The translations under genes were made by a program, and so were the position numbers. Positions 1 through 13,115 of a stretch of 64,000 nt of DNA are shown here, piece after piece; position 1 is the first letter of the stretch; each line of letters opens with the position of its first letter. Below the pieces are notes generated by a model, which was not told where the DNA came from, ran no database searches, and saw only the letters and a list, made by a program, of their open reading frames with translations. Source of the stretch: Tubiluchus corallicola (taxonomy: Eukaryota > Animalia > Priapulida); the NCBI GenBank assembly GCA_030141605.1, contig JAQGDQ010000055.1:496001-560000 (forward strand), given 5' to 3'.

Positions 1-2568
1 TCCTTGCGTTTGCTATATAAACTTGGCATTGTATATAAACTTTAAATATTTTAAGTGGATTAACATACATTACTGATCGGAGTATTTCCACTATATGCAA
101 CAAATACATTTTAGGTGAGACAGATATATGCAACTGATTAGTTCAAGAGTATAATTACGTAGATAGTTAGTTCAAAAATACGAGATAAAACATTAGTTAA
201 TACATGTACTTAACATTGAAATTTACACATCAACTCGCAGCAAATGTCGGAGAGTTTACAGTAAAAGTAGTTCACACTTGTGAATTTGCTATCAGAGAGA
301 AAACTCGCGACAGAAAACTCGCAAGTCTGAACGCGCCGTCCGTAAGAGTATGTAAGAGCTCTAATAGTCAAGTCTCTACGTATGTAAGAGCATTAGCTAC
401 AGGTGCGTATCATAATCATTGGTGAAATTAGCTCTCTTATGTGTAGCTAAGCTTCTCGATTTCCGATAATTAGCCGCTCGGATTGGCAGATTTAAGACTA
501 AGTGCAAATGCAAAGCACAAATCTGCTGAAGTAATCATTATAATCTTGTCCTATAGCAACTGTGGATTCTTATTCGTTTGCAGTTAAGAGTGGTGTCAAG
601 GACTCGGACAGAGAGGACAATCGCTAAGAGGGCCATCTTTTCATTACGCAGTGCACTAATTGCTCGCGTGAGGAACACACAGTCGCTATGTCAACGGAAG
701 AGGAGTGCAGCAGCGTCCTGCCAGCATGCCAATGAGATGCTGTGTTGCTTGACATTATCGCTGTCATCTGCCACGTTTCTGCATCACTATCAGCGCGCCT
801 TATATTGCCTTTTTGACCGTAAATGCCACAAAGAATAAAGTTGATTGATGAGTTTGTACAAAAGCTCGCAAAGCTCTAAGGAAAGGCTAAGTAATGGCAG
901 CCAATTGAAAACAAACGGGACATTCTCATGTCCGTGTTGGTATATGTACTCTTCATAATCTTGGGCTTCATATTAGGATACAACAGGAGAGAAACTTTAC
1001 GCAGGGCTGTTATCTCACAACAGCAGGCTTCACAACAAGATCCACTATTTGTAAGCCACCCCATGCAAACAGCCAAAAAACTGCTGACATTAAAACTGCC
1101 AGTCGTGAGTCGTCACTGTCATTCAAGCTCGAAAATTGTCGAAAATCGTATATACTGTGGGGATGCGTCAAAAAGAGATCAGATCCATCGGTCCTGTGTG
1201 AAAATGAATAAAACCAAATTTCTGTGATGATTTTCATCAGGAGTAAAGGAACCTCTTCATTTTCTATTAGACATGTCGAGACTGAGCAACCATAAAAGTT
1301 TTCATATGTCACTACCATTCTGAACTAACGTCTACAACTGCAAGTCTCAGTACCTTTGCAAGTTGCATTTGTTTAAATCAGCAAATGCCATACTATTTGG
1401 TTTCGGCGTAGTGTAGTATTGCTGGTCAATATACAGTAGTTATAAGGGGTAAACTGACTCTAAACAAGTCCAAATTCCAAAATCATTTTTGCTAACAACA
1501 TCAAAATCTTGCCATATTACATGTTCGCAAACAAGCATAATGAAATTGCTAAAGGCAAGCTCTGGAACAACCATTCTTAGCTCATTAAAGGGGTCAGAAA
1601 AGACCGACAATTGCAATTGTTGAAAAACCCAACAATTGCAATGTTTTCAGATTATGGGCCTTATGGTCCTTATGATTACGGGCCTGATAATAGAATATGA
1701 TCTATTGTCATTGTTTTGACGTGAATTTGACCTCAGCCAAATGCACATTACCAATGCAAAGCGGGTATACGATTTTTTGTGTGCTCTTACAAGAAGTTTG
1801 TCAATCTTTCGCCATTCCGAATTGCCCCACAAAGTTTAGTCATTTTGAAGAAAGCCCGCACCTAGTTCAACTGCACAATTAAACTTTGTGAGTTTAGTTT
1901 TTAGCCATTGAGCTGCAAACGTGGATAAACGTGCACCTATACCACAGATGAGACTAATTAGTGATAATCCCATAGTTCCTCTTTCCAGGAAAAATGGATG
2001 AAACGCCGTCACGAATAAACCATTCAGAGCACAAAAAACGGAAAAATTCGGTTGCTGCAATTTACAAAATAATTTTTGCCTGCAGTATTCAATTTAAAAC
2101 GTAGGTGTATGTATTGCAACGATGCTGGGTCCTCGTCGCCATGAGGATCTGATTCGTTGCTCCCATGATCGGTTTGTTCCTTCACGTTTCGGATACCAAG
2201 TGGTCCGGGTTCAAAGCCAGGATGATAAAAAAATTTATAAAGACAAACGCAGATATGTAGAAATGACTCGCACATGTCGGTTGTGTGTACGGAACAGGTG
2301 CTGCAGTTGGAAAAACACCTGTCTGACGTTTCTGTTTACCTCTGAATCGACGAGGCCATTCCATATCAGCAGTTTTATACCTAGTATGCAACGCTGATAT
2401 GCAATGGCATCGTGATGGTTCGAACCATCACGATTTGGGGATGGAAGGGGGGGGTGATAAATGGCACTTCGACTTTGCAACAGTATCCTAAATGTTGTTA
2501 TTGCGGCTGCTGAAATATAGTTAGTCAAGTGGGTTAACTAAAAAAAGTAAGTCTATGTGTAAGAAGTC

Positions 2569-2569
<1 letters not shown>

Positions 2570-2611
<42 letters not shown>

Positions 2612-2640
2612 CCTGTTGCTCTTGCTGTTGTTGTTGCTGC
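2570..2640. repeat. (GTT)n microsatellite
   Basis: Direct inspection. Confidence 0.9.
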
Positions 2641-2748
2641 TGTCATCAATGACGTCGTTTCTGATGTTAATTTTGTTATGGTTACTGCTGTTACAGTTGT
2701 TGTCGGGGTTGCTGCAACGTTAGTGAATCAGATTCTATGTAGACGTAC

Positions 2749-2904
2749 CTTTATCATTTTGAAGTACGTCTGCGGTGTGTCCCGTGTCCACACTGTGGTG
2801 TGACGTTTATTGTACTGCCGCTTCCAACCTGTGTCCTCATCAGCGTATTGCTTGAACAACAGGAAGTCATCATCAGCAGCGACCCGTACCTCCCCTACCT
2901 GCAT
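2749..2904 (-). CDS. STARD10: First coding exon of a START-domain lipid-transfer protein, STARD10/PCTP-like; remaining exons probably lie left of the window
   Basis: Minus strand ATG at 2904 reads MQVGEVRVAADDDFLLFKQYADEDTGWKRQYNKRHTTVWTRDTPQTYFKMIK (52 codons), then donor AAG|GTACGT at 2748. Matches the STARD10 N-terminus as I recall it (human ...PDDQDFRSFRSECEAEVGWNLTYSRAGVSVW...LHKIK). The next expected exon (YDVLHD) was not found in 1-2700. Confidence 0.8.
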
Positions 2905-3425
2905 GCTTGTGCACAGGAACTGCTAGCACAGGTGGAAAAACTGTGAGTAACTGTATGTCATGATAGTTATGATTATTTTACAAAGCACCGGCCTTTAGAT
3001 GATCACGTTTTGATAAAAGAAGCTCCATCATGCCGATTTAAGCTGTCATATTGCTTCAGAAATGCCTTTCCGTTGGTCGCAAAATCTCTAAATTTAAGAA
3101 GAAAACAATTATTTGCCTCAACTAATTCTATCTGGGTAAAGGGAATCACTCAAAAACAAAAAAGTAATACAGGAAATCAAGCAAGTTTTTATTTAAATTC
3201 ACAAAAACTGAAAATTAGATAAGCCTAGCGCTAAAATCAGAGATGATGTAATCAAGCTGTTTGTCTGTACATCTGTCCGTCCGCACATTAAAATGAAAAC
3301 AGATAATGCAACAATGATTGGGCAAAACCTGAAGACCCACTGCCTCAAATGGTCAAAGATCAAGGTCACAAGGTCACATAATGTCAAAACAAATTTTGAC
3401 CATTGTCATTTCATATATCCTCTAA

Positions 3426-3596
3426 TGGTGCGTTTAGTCTAGAGAGTTCTCTAAAAAGTTTTTGTGCAATTCTCTCTGAGAGTAAACTTGCAAGTGTGAA
3501 TGGTTTTGCAAGTGATTGCTAACTCAGCGAGATTTTCTGAGAGTTGAAACTTGTACAAGAACTTGCGAGAGAAAACTCTCTAGTCTGAGCGCACCG
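3426..3596. mobile_element. PIF/Harbinger-like MITE (171 bp)
   Basis: TIRs of about 20 bp (GGTGCGTTTAGTCTAGAGAG / CTCTCTAGTCTGAGCGCACC) flanked by TAA on both sides. A related partial end lies at about 270-339. Confidence 0.7.
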
Positions 3597-4894
3597 TAAG
3601 ATTTGCAGTGGAAAACATAAACTAAACATTTTCTTTAGCTCAATAACTGTTTGTGGTGTGCAGAGAAAATTTGTCTATGTGTTGTTATTAGGCAACTAGA
3701 GAAACTGACAATGACAAAACTGACTGTTTTAGAATTAAGTGGCTAAATTTACACCACAAACAGTAAACAGTAAACATTAAGCAATGAGCATATTTCACAA
3801 CACGCCACAAGCAGTTGCCGGTTTGCACCCTTTATATTCGATAACAATGTATTCTGAATGAACAATTCTGAGGCTCTTTGCTTTTGAGGTTAACAGTTAA
3901 TACTTTACTTGATCTGACATTTAATGTAAATACAATGAATAAGATCATAGGTTAAATTTGTGGTATCACGATACATATACATCCATGTCACATACATATG
4001 CGTGGGTAAGTCGTTTAGTCATGTCTACTGTGTGACTGTATACTTCTAGCCGCAATAAAATCAGAACAGAAGAAGCTACATTAATATGTATAATCACCAA
4101 CAGTGATGAGCCTGAGCATGATGTACGAATGCATTAATGTTGGATTCCACCAAAGCTCACAAGTTTAAAACAATCGAAAGTAAATTTCTACCCATAGTGA
4201 CGTCATTGACGGACGCGGGTGTGCATCACTATTGGGTATCATCTAATTCTAGTTCTTACTATAATGTCTAACCGAATTTTTCAACATTCCTAACTGTCAA
4301 CTAATTTACGCTAAAGAACATATTAAATACTAAATGACTTTAAATGTGGTACTGCCATTAAGTACTAGGACTACAATGTGATTAGAGTTAACCAGGTAAG
4401 ATAACTCATTTACTTATGGATTACATAGCCGTAGCGTTACTACTGAACACCGCAGCTAGAGTGTTCAGTGAAGCGGCTAGTTACATAATTTTGTATGAAT
4501 GAAAAAGAACATTTTTCTAATCAACATTTTAAAAATTTTATGTTAAGAACTATATCTACTAAGCCTCAGCGAAAAGTTAAAGTTCTCAAACGAGACTTCC
4601 CAAAGAGGGTTAGAATATTCAGAGTAACTCTCTCTGAAGAGGCTCGTTTAAAAGTTGTAATTCCGTAATACTAGTTCACTGGTGATGCCTACTCTGGTCA
4701 TAACATTGACATAACAACGACATTAAATTATATGTTTAGAACGTGTACAGTGCTAAACGCGAGTAAACGAACACAATAGCAGAACAATCTATCAATAGTA
4801 AAGAGCTTGTTATAATGGCATATCTCTATCCATGAACACCCAGAAAAACATGAAATTATTAAAGTCAATGAACGTATGTAATAAAATAAGTTAC

Positions 4895-5110
4895 CTGTAC
4901 TTCCGGACCGAAGACTTCCTAATGGAAACGTGGAAATGCTTTGCGAAGAACGTGCTAAACGCGTGATCACAGCACGCAACCCACGCACGCACGTGTGTCA
5001 AACCCGCATGATGTTATCCATACACAAAACAAATTCTCATTCAGAAGCCAGCGTGTCACGCCGCGCCGCGAACAAACAGTTAAATAATACAACTCGTGTA
5101 TGTCTGGTCC
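4895..5110 (-). promoter_or_regulatory. Probable promoter and non-coding first exon of the STARD10-like gene
   Basis: Minus strand CCGGAAGTACAG|GTAACT is an ETS-like site followed by a good splice donor (exon edge at 4895). A CpG-rich cluster with CACGTG/ACGCG motifs lies at 4940-5100 in otherwise AT-rich DNA. Confidence 0.5.
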
Positions 5111-5644
5111 TGACCATACAACACACACACGTCATAAGCATTGAGTTTCTGGGGAAGCAACGTCACGACCAGTACCAACTAATCGATAGTAACAAAGATG
5201 CCTGCATGTAAAGCAGCGGCTTACATATAATTGCCTCACGATTCCCAGTGATTAAATGCTTGGAGACATGTGCACAGGTAGTTTTATTACTCCTCATAAA
5301 GGCTGCGTGGGTAAATATTAGACAAACTAAATTAATACTGTACAGCGACAGTTAAAAGGTCGGCTTGCATGTAAAACTACAGAATTGCTTTACAGCCACA
5401 AAAGGTAGTTGCTATTACAGTATGCTGCTAGCGTAAATGATGAAAAGAACAAACATTAGAAACAACAACCACTATGACGTCATTCTGATGATGACATTGG
5501 TGACTACAAAAAGATAGTGACGGAAGTACCTAAGAAAGAAGACTAAATTTATGCCGAATCTTCTTCACTTTCTCCTTCTGTTTTCGTCTTCCTTTTTGTC
5601 TTTGTTCTCTCTTTCGCTGCCTTTCCTTTTCGCTTTCTAATACT

Positions 5645-5655
5645 TTCTCTCTGTG

Positions 5656-5752
<97 letters not shown>

Positions 5753-5765
5753 CTCTCTCTCTCTG
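5645..5765. repeat. Compound (GTCT)n/(CT)n/(CG)n microsatellite
   Basis: Direct inspection; includes an alternating CG run of about 16 bp. Confidence 0.9.
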
Positions 5766-6029
5766 TCACGCCACATTTTACACACATGTTTTCTTTATAT
5801 TATGTTTTTTATTATCATTATTATTTATTGTAATTGTAGTAGTGCTATATTAATATAAATTACGCTTGAAGTAAACCGTAAATCATATTTTTCTAATTAT
5901 GGTTCTCTGTGCATACTAATATGCGACTAATCTAACATTAAAAAATAAAACACGAAGAAGCAAAATGCGCATGCCTAGTTGAACATTGCATAGTTGATGT
6001 CACTGCCGCTGCTACTGTAGCTCTTACGT

Positions 6030-6112
6030 ATGATGATGACGATAACGATGATGACGTTAGCGATGATGACGATCATGATAATGATGATGATGATGGTGGT
6101 GGTGGTGGTGAT

Positions 6113-6144
<32 letters not shown>

Positions 6145-6155
6145 TGGTGGTGGTG
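6030..6155. repeat. (GAT)n/(GGT)n/(GGC)n compound trinucleotide repeat
   Basis: Direct inspection. Confidence 0.9.
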
Positions 6156-7065
6156 AGACAAATTGTGAAATTAAAACTTACTGCATGATTTTGTACGATG
6201 AATTTCTTTGTCAGCTTAACTTTAGGACAAAATTTAGAAACAACTTAGCCATCACATAATATTAAGGGTCTGTAAGTAATTAGAGAAGTTTGATAGAACC
6301 CGCTCTGCATTTTTCATGAATTTTTAAAGCGCTCTCTGAAATATCACCTGATATTTATTGGATACACAGAGCGTGTGACGTTATAAGTAATGCTGTTGAG
6401 TGACGCATTTACGTCTTTGCATCGTGGCTGACGCAAGTTAAGACTCAACTCTTAATAGCGTAAATAACCTCTCACACTCATAATAGTGGCTGAGATAATA
6501 TTATAAATTTTCAACTTTTACCGTCAGTATAGCATTCAGCCTATATAGGATATTTACATAATTAGTTGAATAAGTTCTTAATGAGCAACTGAAACAACTA
6601 ACTAGTTAATTAACATTTAACAATTAAATAATTCCAATGTACGTAAATTAGAAAGACTCGACATTTCAGTTAATCGAATCACTACGTATTATATTCATGA
6701 GAAATGATGATGATGATGATTAGTCTTTTATTCTAAAGTATATATTTACATAAATGGGTCTCTAGTTGCAGACAAGTTTAACTTAATTATAAGTGCACAT
6801 ATGCACGTTGATACATTAATGATACAATGTATATGTATCATATGTATGTATAGCTAATACGATGTTACTAAAATTGTCAAAAATTATAACCAGAAAAATA
6901 CATTTGCCGTTATTAAGATTATTGTGCAATATGCCAGATCACTAATTAACTTTTAGCTGATATTTGTCATAGTGATTATAGAAAATATTTGCATCTATGC
7001 GAGCAAATCTATGCCTAGCTTTTATGTGAGCTATATCTTTTATAAATCATCCTGTTTTCCTTTAA

Positions 7066-7684
7066 AGGAAGACAGAATGCTTTTTCATATACTACCCCAT
7101 TTTCAAGTCCGGTAAAAAGTATACATTTTAACACAATTAATACTGCAAACGCGTTTCTGATAATTATGAAATACATCAAAAACTTAACAAACGGCGGGCG
7201 AGCCCAACTATTGATGACATCACAAACTAACATAATTTTCAACAGCAAAAATATTCCACGAGCGTGTTGCACGTGTTTGCGAAAGCGTAAATTGAAGTAC
7301 AGTGCTACTGTAAGATATTCAGTGTGTTGTACTAAAACTAGGCAAGCTTTAAGATAAAAATTCAAATTTCAAATTTATCGCTGTGCTCACGCATGAGCTA
7401 TCGAACGTGTGTAGTTGGTCACAAACTAAAACATCTGAACTGAGAGGTACAGCACCTGTTTTTTGTGCAATACGTTTACGAAATGCAGGCGCTAATGCCC
7501 GTCTAACTAGCGAATGTTAAATTGCAAGTAATAGCGAAAATCTAGTAACGCGAACGCGAAATTGTGTTTGTGCGGTAATAATTCTTTCACGTAAGTCATT
7601 TTTGAAAAAATAGTATGTTTCCTTTCAATATTTTAAAGAGTGGATTGTTTTGACCTACAGTCTAAGATTGGGTCCGGTTTTGCT
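7066..7684 (+). mobile_element. TTAA-flanked non-autonomous DNA transposon (Kolobok-like MITE), family A copy 1
   Basis: TTAA|AGGAAGACAG...CCGGTTTTGCT|TTAA. Colinear and highly similar to copies at 16642, 50429 and 59827. Confidence 0.8.
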
Positions 7685-7853
7685 TTAACAAAATCACTTC
7701 AAACGTTTTTTTTTGGTTTTGTGTGGTTTTGTGTATTCTGTGCATTTTTTAATTTCATTCACAAAACAGTAAGACTTATAACTAACATTATTGGCCTCTG
7801 TATTTACGTAATATACTGAATGTACTGAATGCATGAATGTACTGCTAACATAA

Positions 7854-8470
7854 TGTTGCGGGGTCGAGTTTCGCTCTGTTTTGCGTTCAGACTTTTCACT
7901 CACCTAAGATATGCGGCCTGTATGGTATTTCGAGTCGTGTTAAAGTGAAACACCCTTATAAATTTTAAATGTACTAGTCTTACCTGAATGGAATTCATAA
8001 ACCCCGCGTTCTCATTGGCTCTAAATTCGAACACTCACCTGTTTTCACCTGCAAGTCTATAAATACAAGTGCCGCATCCTGTTTCTTTGAGTCCGGTGGT
8101 TGCTGGTGTTTGTAACGCTAAACAGGACAAGACTGCACCCGTCCTCTCAGGACTTGTCTTCCAACTGTTTCAGCGTAATGTGAGGAGGCCCTCGAGGGTA
8201 GATTCGTTTTCTGTGTTTTTTATGTTTAGCCAACTGTATGTTTCGGTCGTGGGTAAAGAACTCTATTTAGCAGTAACAATCTAGTTTTTACAAAGTTAGT
8301 AGTTAAGATAAGTTTTTTAGTCGGGTCTTATACCGCTCTTTTTAAGCTGTTTCCCAGTTGCTTGGTTTGTTAGTTCTGTTTCAGGATCCTCTCGCCCACC
8401 GATAGCACTGGTTCAAACCGTCCAGGAGTGATTGCTACGACCCTGGCGGCGTGAACCCGACGGCGGAACA
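7854..8470 (+). mobile_element. Solo LTR (617 bp), Gypsy-like 4-bp TSD
   Basis: Ends are TGTTGCG...CGGAACA (TG...CA, imperfect inverted termini), flanked by ATAA at 7850-7853 and 8471-8474. Contains ATTGG (CCAAT box) near 8015 and TATAAATA near 8058, and is more GC-rich than its flanks. Confidence 0.7.
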
Positions 8471-9839
8471 ATAATAATGGCGAAACTCATGTCTTTGTTA
8501 CAAGCCTCACAAAGTATTATTGTTATTAATTCGGAAAGTTGTACCTCTTTGCCCCATTTTTCCTTTGCTTGCAAGCAGTCCGCCGAAATATTATAGCTGA
8601 CATTGATTCTCAGTCCTTTCATGACTGAATCACGTTAAACCATTAATAGCACAGACAACGCAATTATTTACATGCTGTTAACCTAGGCTTCGCTAATTAA
8701 TTCATTATAGATTTAACATCCGATAAGGTTAATGATAAAACCATGTACTGTGGACAATTTCAAATGGAACTAAAGGGAGTGGAAAATCGTGTTAAAGCAT
8801 CTGAAAATTTCTTTGTAACAGTTTTATGCTGCCAATGTGACGTATCAAGTCTTATCGTACTCTTTGTCTTTGAAACCATCTGTTACTGTTAGGCAACGAC
8901 AGGAACTAGCACTGCTTATTAGACAAAGTTAGATCATAGTTTTATTTGTACATTATTTAATTTTACGATAACTTTTAAAACCTCGTAAACTTAGCACTAT
9001 TTACAGTTAATACATTTTTATGATTCTAAAACTGATTAATTTTAGAATGACTGTGTATGTAATTGTAAATTCTAACTTTTTAATTGTAAAGCGCATCGAT
9101 ATGACCGATATCATGCACTACTTAATAATAAATTATTATTATTACTATCAAAGTTTTGCTCCTAAATATTGCTGAAGCTTCTATGTCTGCAATGTAATAA
9201 AAGGTAAATAAAACGTCTTTTACTATACTGAGCAGAGATAATCTTCTTAAAAATATTGACGTCGGGTCCCAGTTGTGTTAAAGTGCTAACGTGATTTGTA
9301 TTGCGTTGAATATCGTCTGTTTTTACAGTAATTTTATTTTCGACAGATGGCGCCACGCAGCCACAAATCTTATGAAACTGCGGCTGGCACGTGTATTCTA
9401 TTGCGTTGCAAAGAATTTTGAATTATACTGTACATTGTTCAAATATTAAAAATTACGTAATAAAAAAAACAAGTTTACCAATAAAATCTCACAGATTTGA
9501 ACGACTAGGCAATAATACTTTCTTCAAATGGGTCTGCATTTTCCTATGACCTGCACTAAGAAAGCTGAAGTTTGACGATATTTTCGTTTTCCTTTGGGAG
9601 CCAATTAGGAAATTTGCATTTAATCTCCTTTCTCTTATTATTTTTTAATAAGTAGACTTAACGTTAGATGGCAGCTCTTTCAAAATAATAAGCAATTGTT
9701 AGCTAATGGTGTATGATGTATAACCTTTTATTAGGACAAAAAATTTTTTTGCTTAAATGGTGGTGATGCCTCGGTCGCAGAGGCTAATGGCCGTACTTTT
9801 CATTTTATCTCGAATTTGATTTTGTCTTATCATTTTTTC

Positions 9840-10002
9840 GCATTATTATTATTACCATCATCATCATCGTCATCGTCGTCATCATTATCATCATCGTCAT
9901 CATCATCATCGTCGTCGTCGTCATCATCATCATCGTCATCATCACCATCATCGTTGTTATTAATATTAACATTACTACTATTATTGTTGCTGCTGTTGTT
10001 GT
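9840..10002. repeat. (CAT/CGT)n and (GTT)n compound trinucleotide repeat
   Basis: Direct inspection. Confidence 0.85.
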
Positions 10003-10052
10003 TCCGCAATACTGTTCCGACCGCGCCATTACATGACGTCACCACGCAAACG

Positions 10053-10562
10053 TAAATCAGGGGAAGAAAAGGCAATGTTAAATTATGTCCCAAAAAACTT
10101 TCCATGTAAATATATATTTTTAGCAAATCGCTTACCTGCTGGAAAGACTTATGTAACTAGAAATAGTAATTTAAAACGATCGTGCCATTTGGTAAAATGT
10201 CGCTGACTCACCCTCCAGGTTGCACCACTCACTAACCAAAAACGTATCTTTTTGTCTTATTGACATGATACAGTAATTTAAAATCTTAGTTAGTTAGTTA
10301 GTTAGTTAGTGCCGGTAACATAGGCGCTATGGATGCTCTGATTATTTTTTCAAATTTTTTACTCAGTGTTATCTAAACTTGTTTCAAATGGCTTACTGTC
10401 AAAATGGTTGCATCTAACGGTCATCGCGAGAGTTAAAATTACATGTTTTATACAGCGTTACTGCCGATGTAAGCCCTGCATGCAAAAAGGTAGTATGTAA
10501 ATGGTATAAAATTTCAAGGCCAATTTTTCAAGCTTTATGTAAGTGGAGGGTTTTCTTGTGCT
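10053..10562 (+). mobile_element. Dispersed repeat family B (right end CT|TTAA, Kolobok-like), copy 1
   Basis: About 500 bp colinear with 22047-22493 (TAAATCAGGGGAAGA...CTTACCTGCTGGAAAGACTTATGTAACTAGAAA...AAGCTTTATGTAAGTGGAGG...GCT|TTAA). Confidence 0.7.
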
Positions 10563-13020
10563 TTAAGGCAAGGCTCAGATACCCAAGGATTTGTTTGTGA
10601 CGTGGCACATTCTACGCCATCACCTCTAAGATGAGCCACTGAATTGACCCAGGTGCCTCAGCCACTTTTGGAAATGAATACATCTGTCGAGAACAACGCC
10701 AGTTTGGCTCTTCTCGAGTAAAAGTGTTTATTCAGGGTTGCATTGATCTGCCCTTGCAAACCTGTTTCATAGTATACATGTGACTCTGTATAAACTAGTT
10801 TTGTTTTCAATTAGCCTTGTAATCATTTGCATATAGGCTTCCTTCCCAGAAGGCATATATAGTTGTAATCTTGCCAAAAAATTTTTAGCTAGTTTGGAGA
10901 GACATAACATTGCGTTATGGCACTCTAATTCCTCCTTATCGAGGATAATCCGTACCGTAGCCAGTTCTCAATATGTAGTCATTATAATTGTATTTTGAGG
11001 TGTTTATGTAAATTGTTTCACTCATGCTCATTTAGATATAGTTGTTAACTTAATGCAGCCAATAGCTCCATTAGCTTTATTTTTTCTCTGCCTAAAACGT
11101 AGCATTTAGCTGTATTTATTCGCATCGCCATTATCATGTAATCGTTCTTTTACATATAATCCTTGTATATATGTCACTTGTTAAATGTTCGTGTAATGTT
11201 AAAATAATTATGCGCATATTTTAAATTTATCGTTTTTGTTTTCTATGAACGCCATTACTATTCAGAATTTCGATATTAACAAACTTTATTCTAATAATAT
11301 GTTTTCACCTCGCGAAATGCGGATTTGAACTTTAAAACATCAGGGCTTTCGGTCGCCCAATAATTGCTCCCCCCCCCTTTGTAAAGAGATAAAAAGATTA
11401 AAAGTTCTAAAATATTTACAAAAAAAGCAAAAATCTAATCCGTGTTCGCGACAACATCCACCTTCTAAGAATTTATGCCTGAAAAGCACTCGTTAACTAG
11501 AGACGTAGCGAACCTCGGCGAAACTGCGTAGATCAACGAACGCCAGTGGAACGTTGCGACCCATTTTTCACCTTCAGTGAGAAGCAAAAACAAAACAGCG
11601 CCTCTTTTTCAACAGTAGCCAAAGAGTTAACCATAATCGAAAAACAGGGGCGTTATTAGTCGCAAACGACCTCTCATACTGCTGCTTAAACATTCGTGTT
11701 TTTCTGATAAAATTTTGTCTGATTTTCCTCTTCATTGATACTGCAGCTGTCTTCCAGCTGTTTTCAAGAAGATTGGCTGTTCTAAATATGGACAAGCAAG
11801 AATCCTGGCTGAGTTATACGTAATCCTACACTTGGAGCCACTCAACATGGATAACGTATGTGCGGAGGCGGATCCATCTGCTTAGTTTTGGGTTACAATA
11901 CCATGATGCTTAACTAAGGCTCAAAAATGGTGCAGTCTCCGACTAACGGTTACATTTGTGCTGATAAAATTTCAGTCAACAAGAAAAACTGGCTATTTCA
12001 GTGATACTTTAATGATTAGAAATGATTTTGACGTAATTCACCCCTCCAAAAATGCGTGGCTTCACGGAGAAGTTGCAATTTGTTTTCTTTTACTGATGCA
12101 TATTGTTCTGTACTGGGGCGTGTCTAGACTATGGTCTTGCAGGTCGATTAGCAAAACCGATGCACCTCACATACAACATAACACCACGTGTTCTAAAAGA
12201 AAACTTTGGTCAAAAAATACTTAATGATTTACGCAAACTGATCGGAAATTAATTTCCGTTTTTGTTGCAGTTTAGATATTTATTTAGTTGGTGTAGTGCA
12301 AATGCACTGTTCTTAAAAGTTACAGAACCGCGCTACGCAACTGTATTTCACCCCATTTAACGCATTCTTCTAAAGTCTTTGCAACGCAATTGGCGCTGTA
12401 AACTTTAGTGACCAACGTTGTCCCATGAAGTACAAAATCAACCCTCTCCTTTAGCGCCGAATGCTTAACTATGTAAAGGTGTACTAGGATTTATAAGTCG
12501 TTTGTTTGCTAGACTAAATTATAGTATTCTTAGCTGTTTGACGAACAGCATTATCTTCATATCAAAATATAATAAGTATAAACTCACTAGTTAATACTGA
12601 AAGTCTAAATTGCTATGATTTTTTGCGTAGTTTAATTGGCTGCTGTGCTCATACGTATAAGGCATTAAAGTAAAATGATAATTAATTATAAGGAATTAAT
12701 TTATTAGGCACTTTTTTTAACAATCGATGTTACTATCACAGCAACACAATTTGGCTATAAAAGTTAAAATTAGCCAGTCAGAAATTGAGACTTTGTTGCC
12801 CTTAATTCAAAACGTTTGTTATAACAAGTAGGCCTAATATGCAACTTTACTTTACGCTGTGCGTAAATCACACAATTTTTGCTTAAAATCCGGCATTTTA
12901 CTTCCGGTCAATAGATTTATATCAAAAACTACAATGGTTCAGGAATAAACAGTGACCTGATGTTTTATATAAATCTGTTGATCTCTTTCTTAAACTGCAC
13001 TCATTTTTGAAATTATACCA

Positions 13021-13034
13021 ATGATGATGATGAA

Positions 13035-13097
<63 letters not shown>

Positions 13098-13115
13098 ATT
13101 GATGATGACGATGAT
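13021..13115. repeat. (GAT)n microsatellite
   Basis: Direct inspection. Confidence 0.95.

Noticed and set aside
1010-2060. Further STARD10 exons within short minus-strand ORFs
   Set aside because: No recognisable START-domain motifs (YDVLHD, NRD, DPKGSLP) were found.
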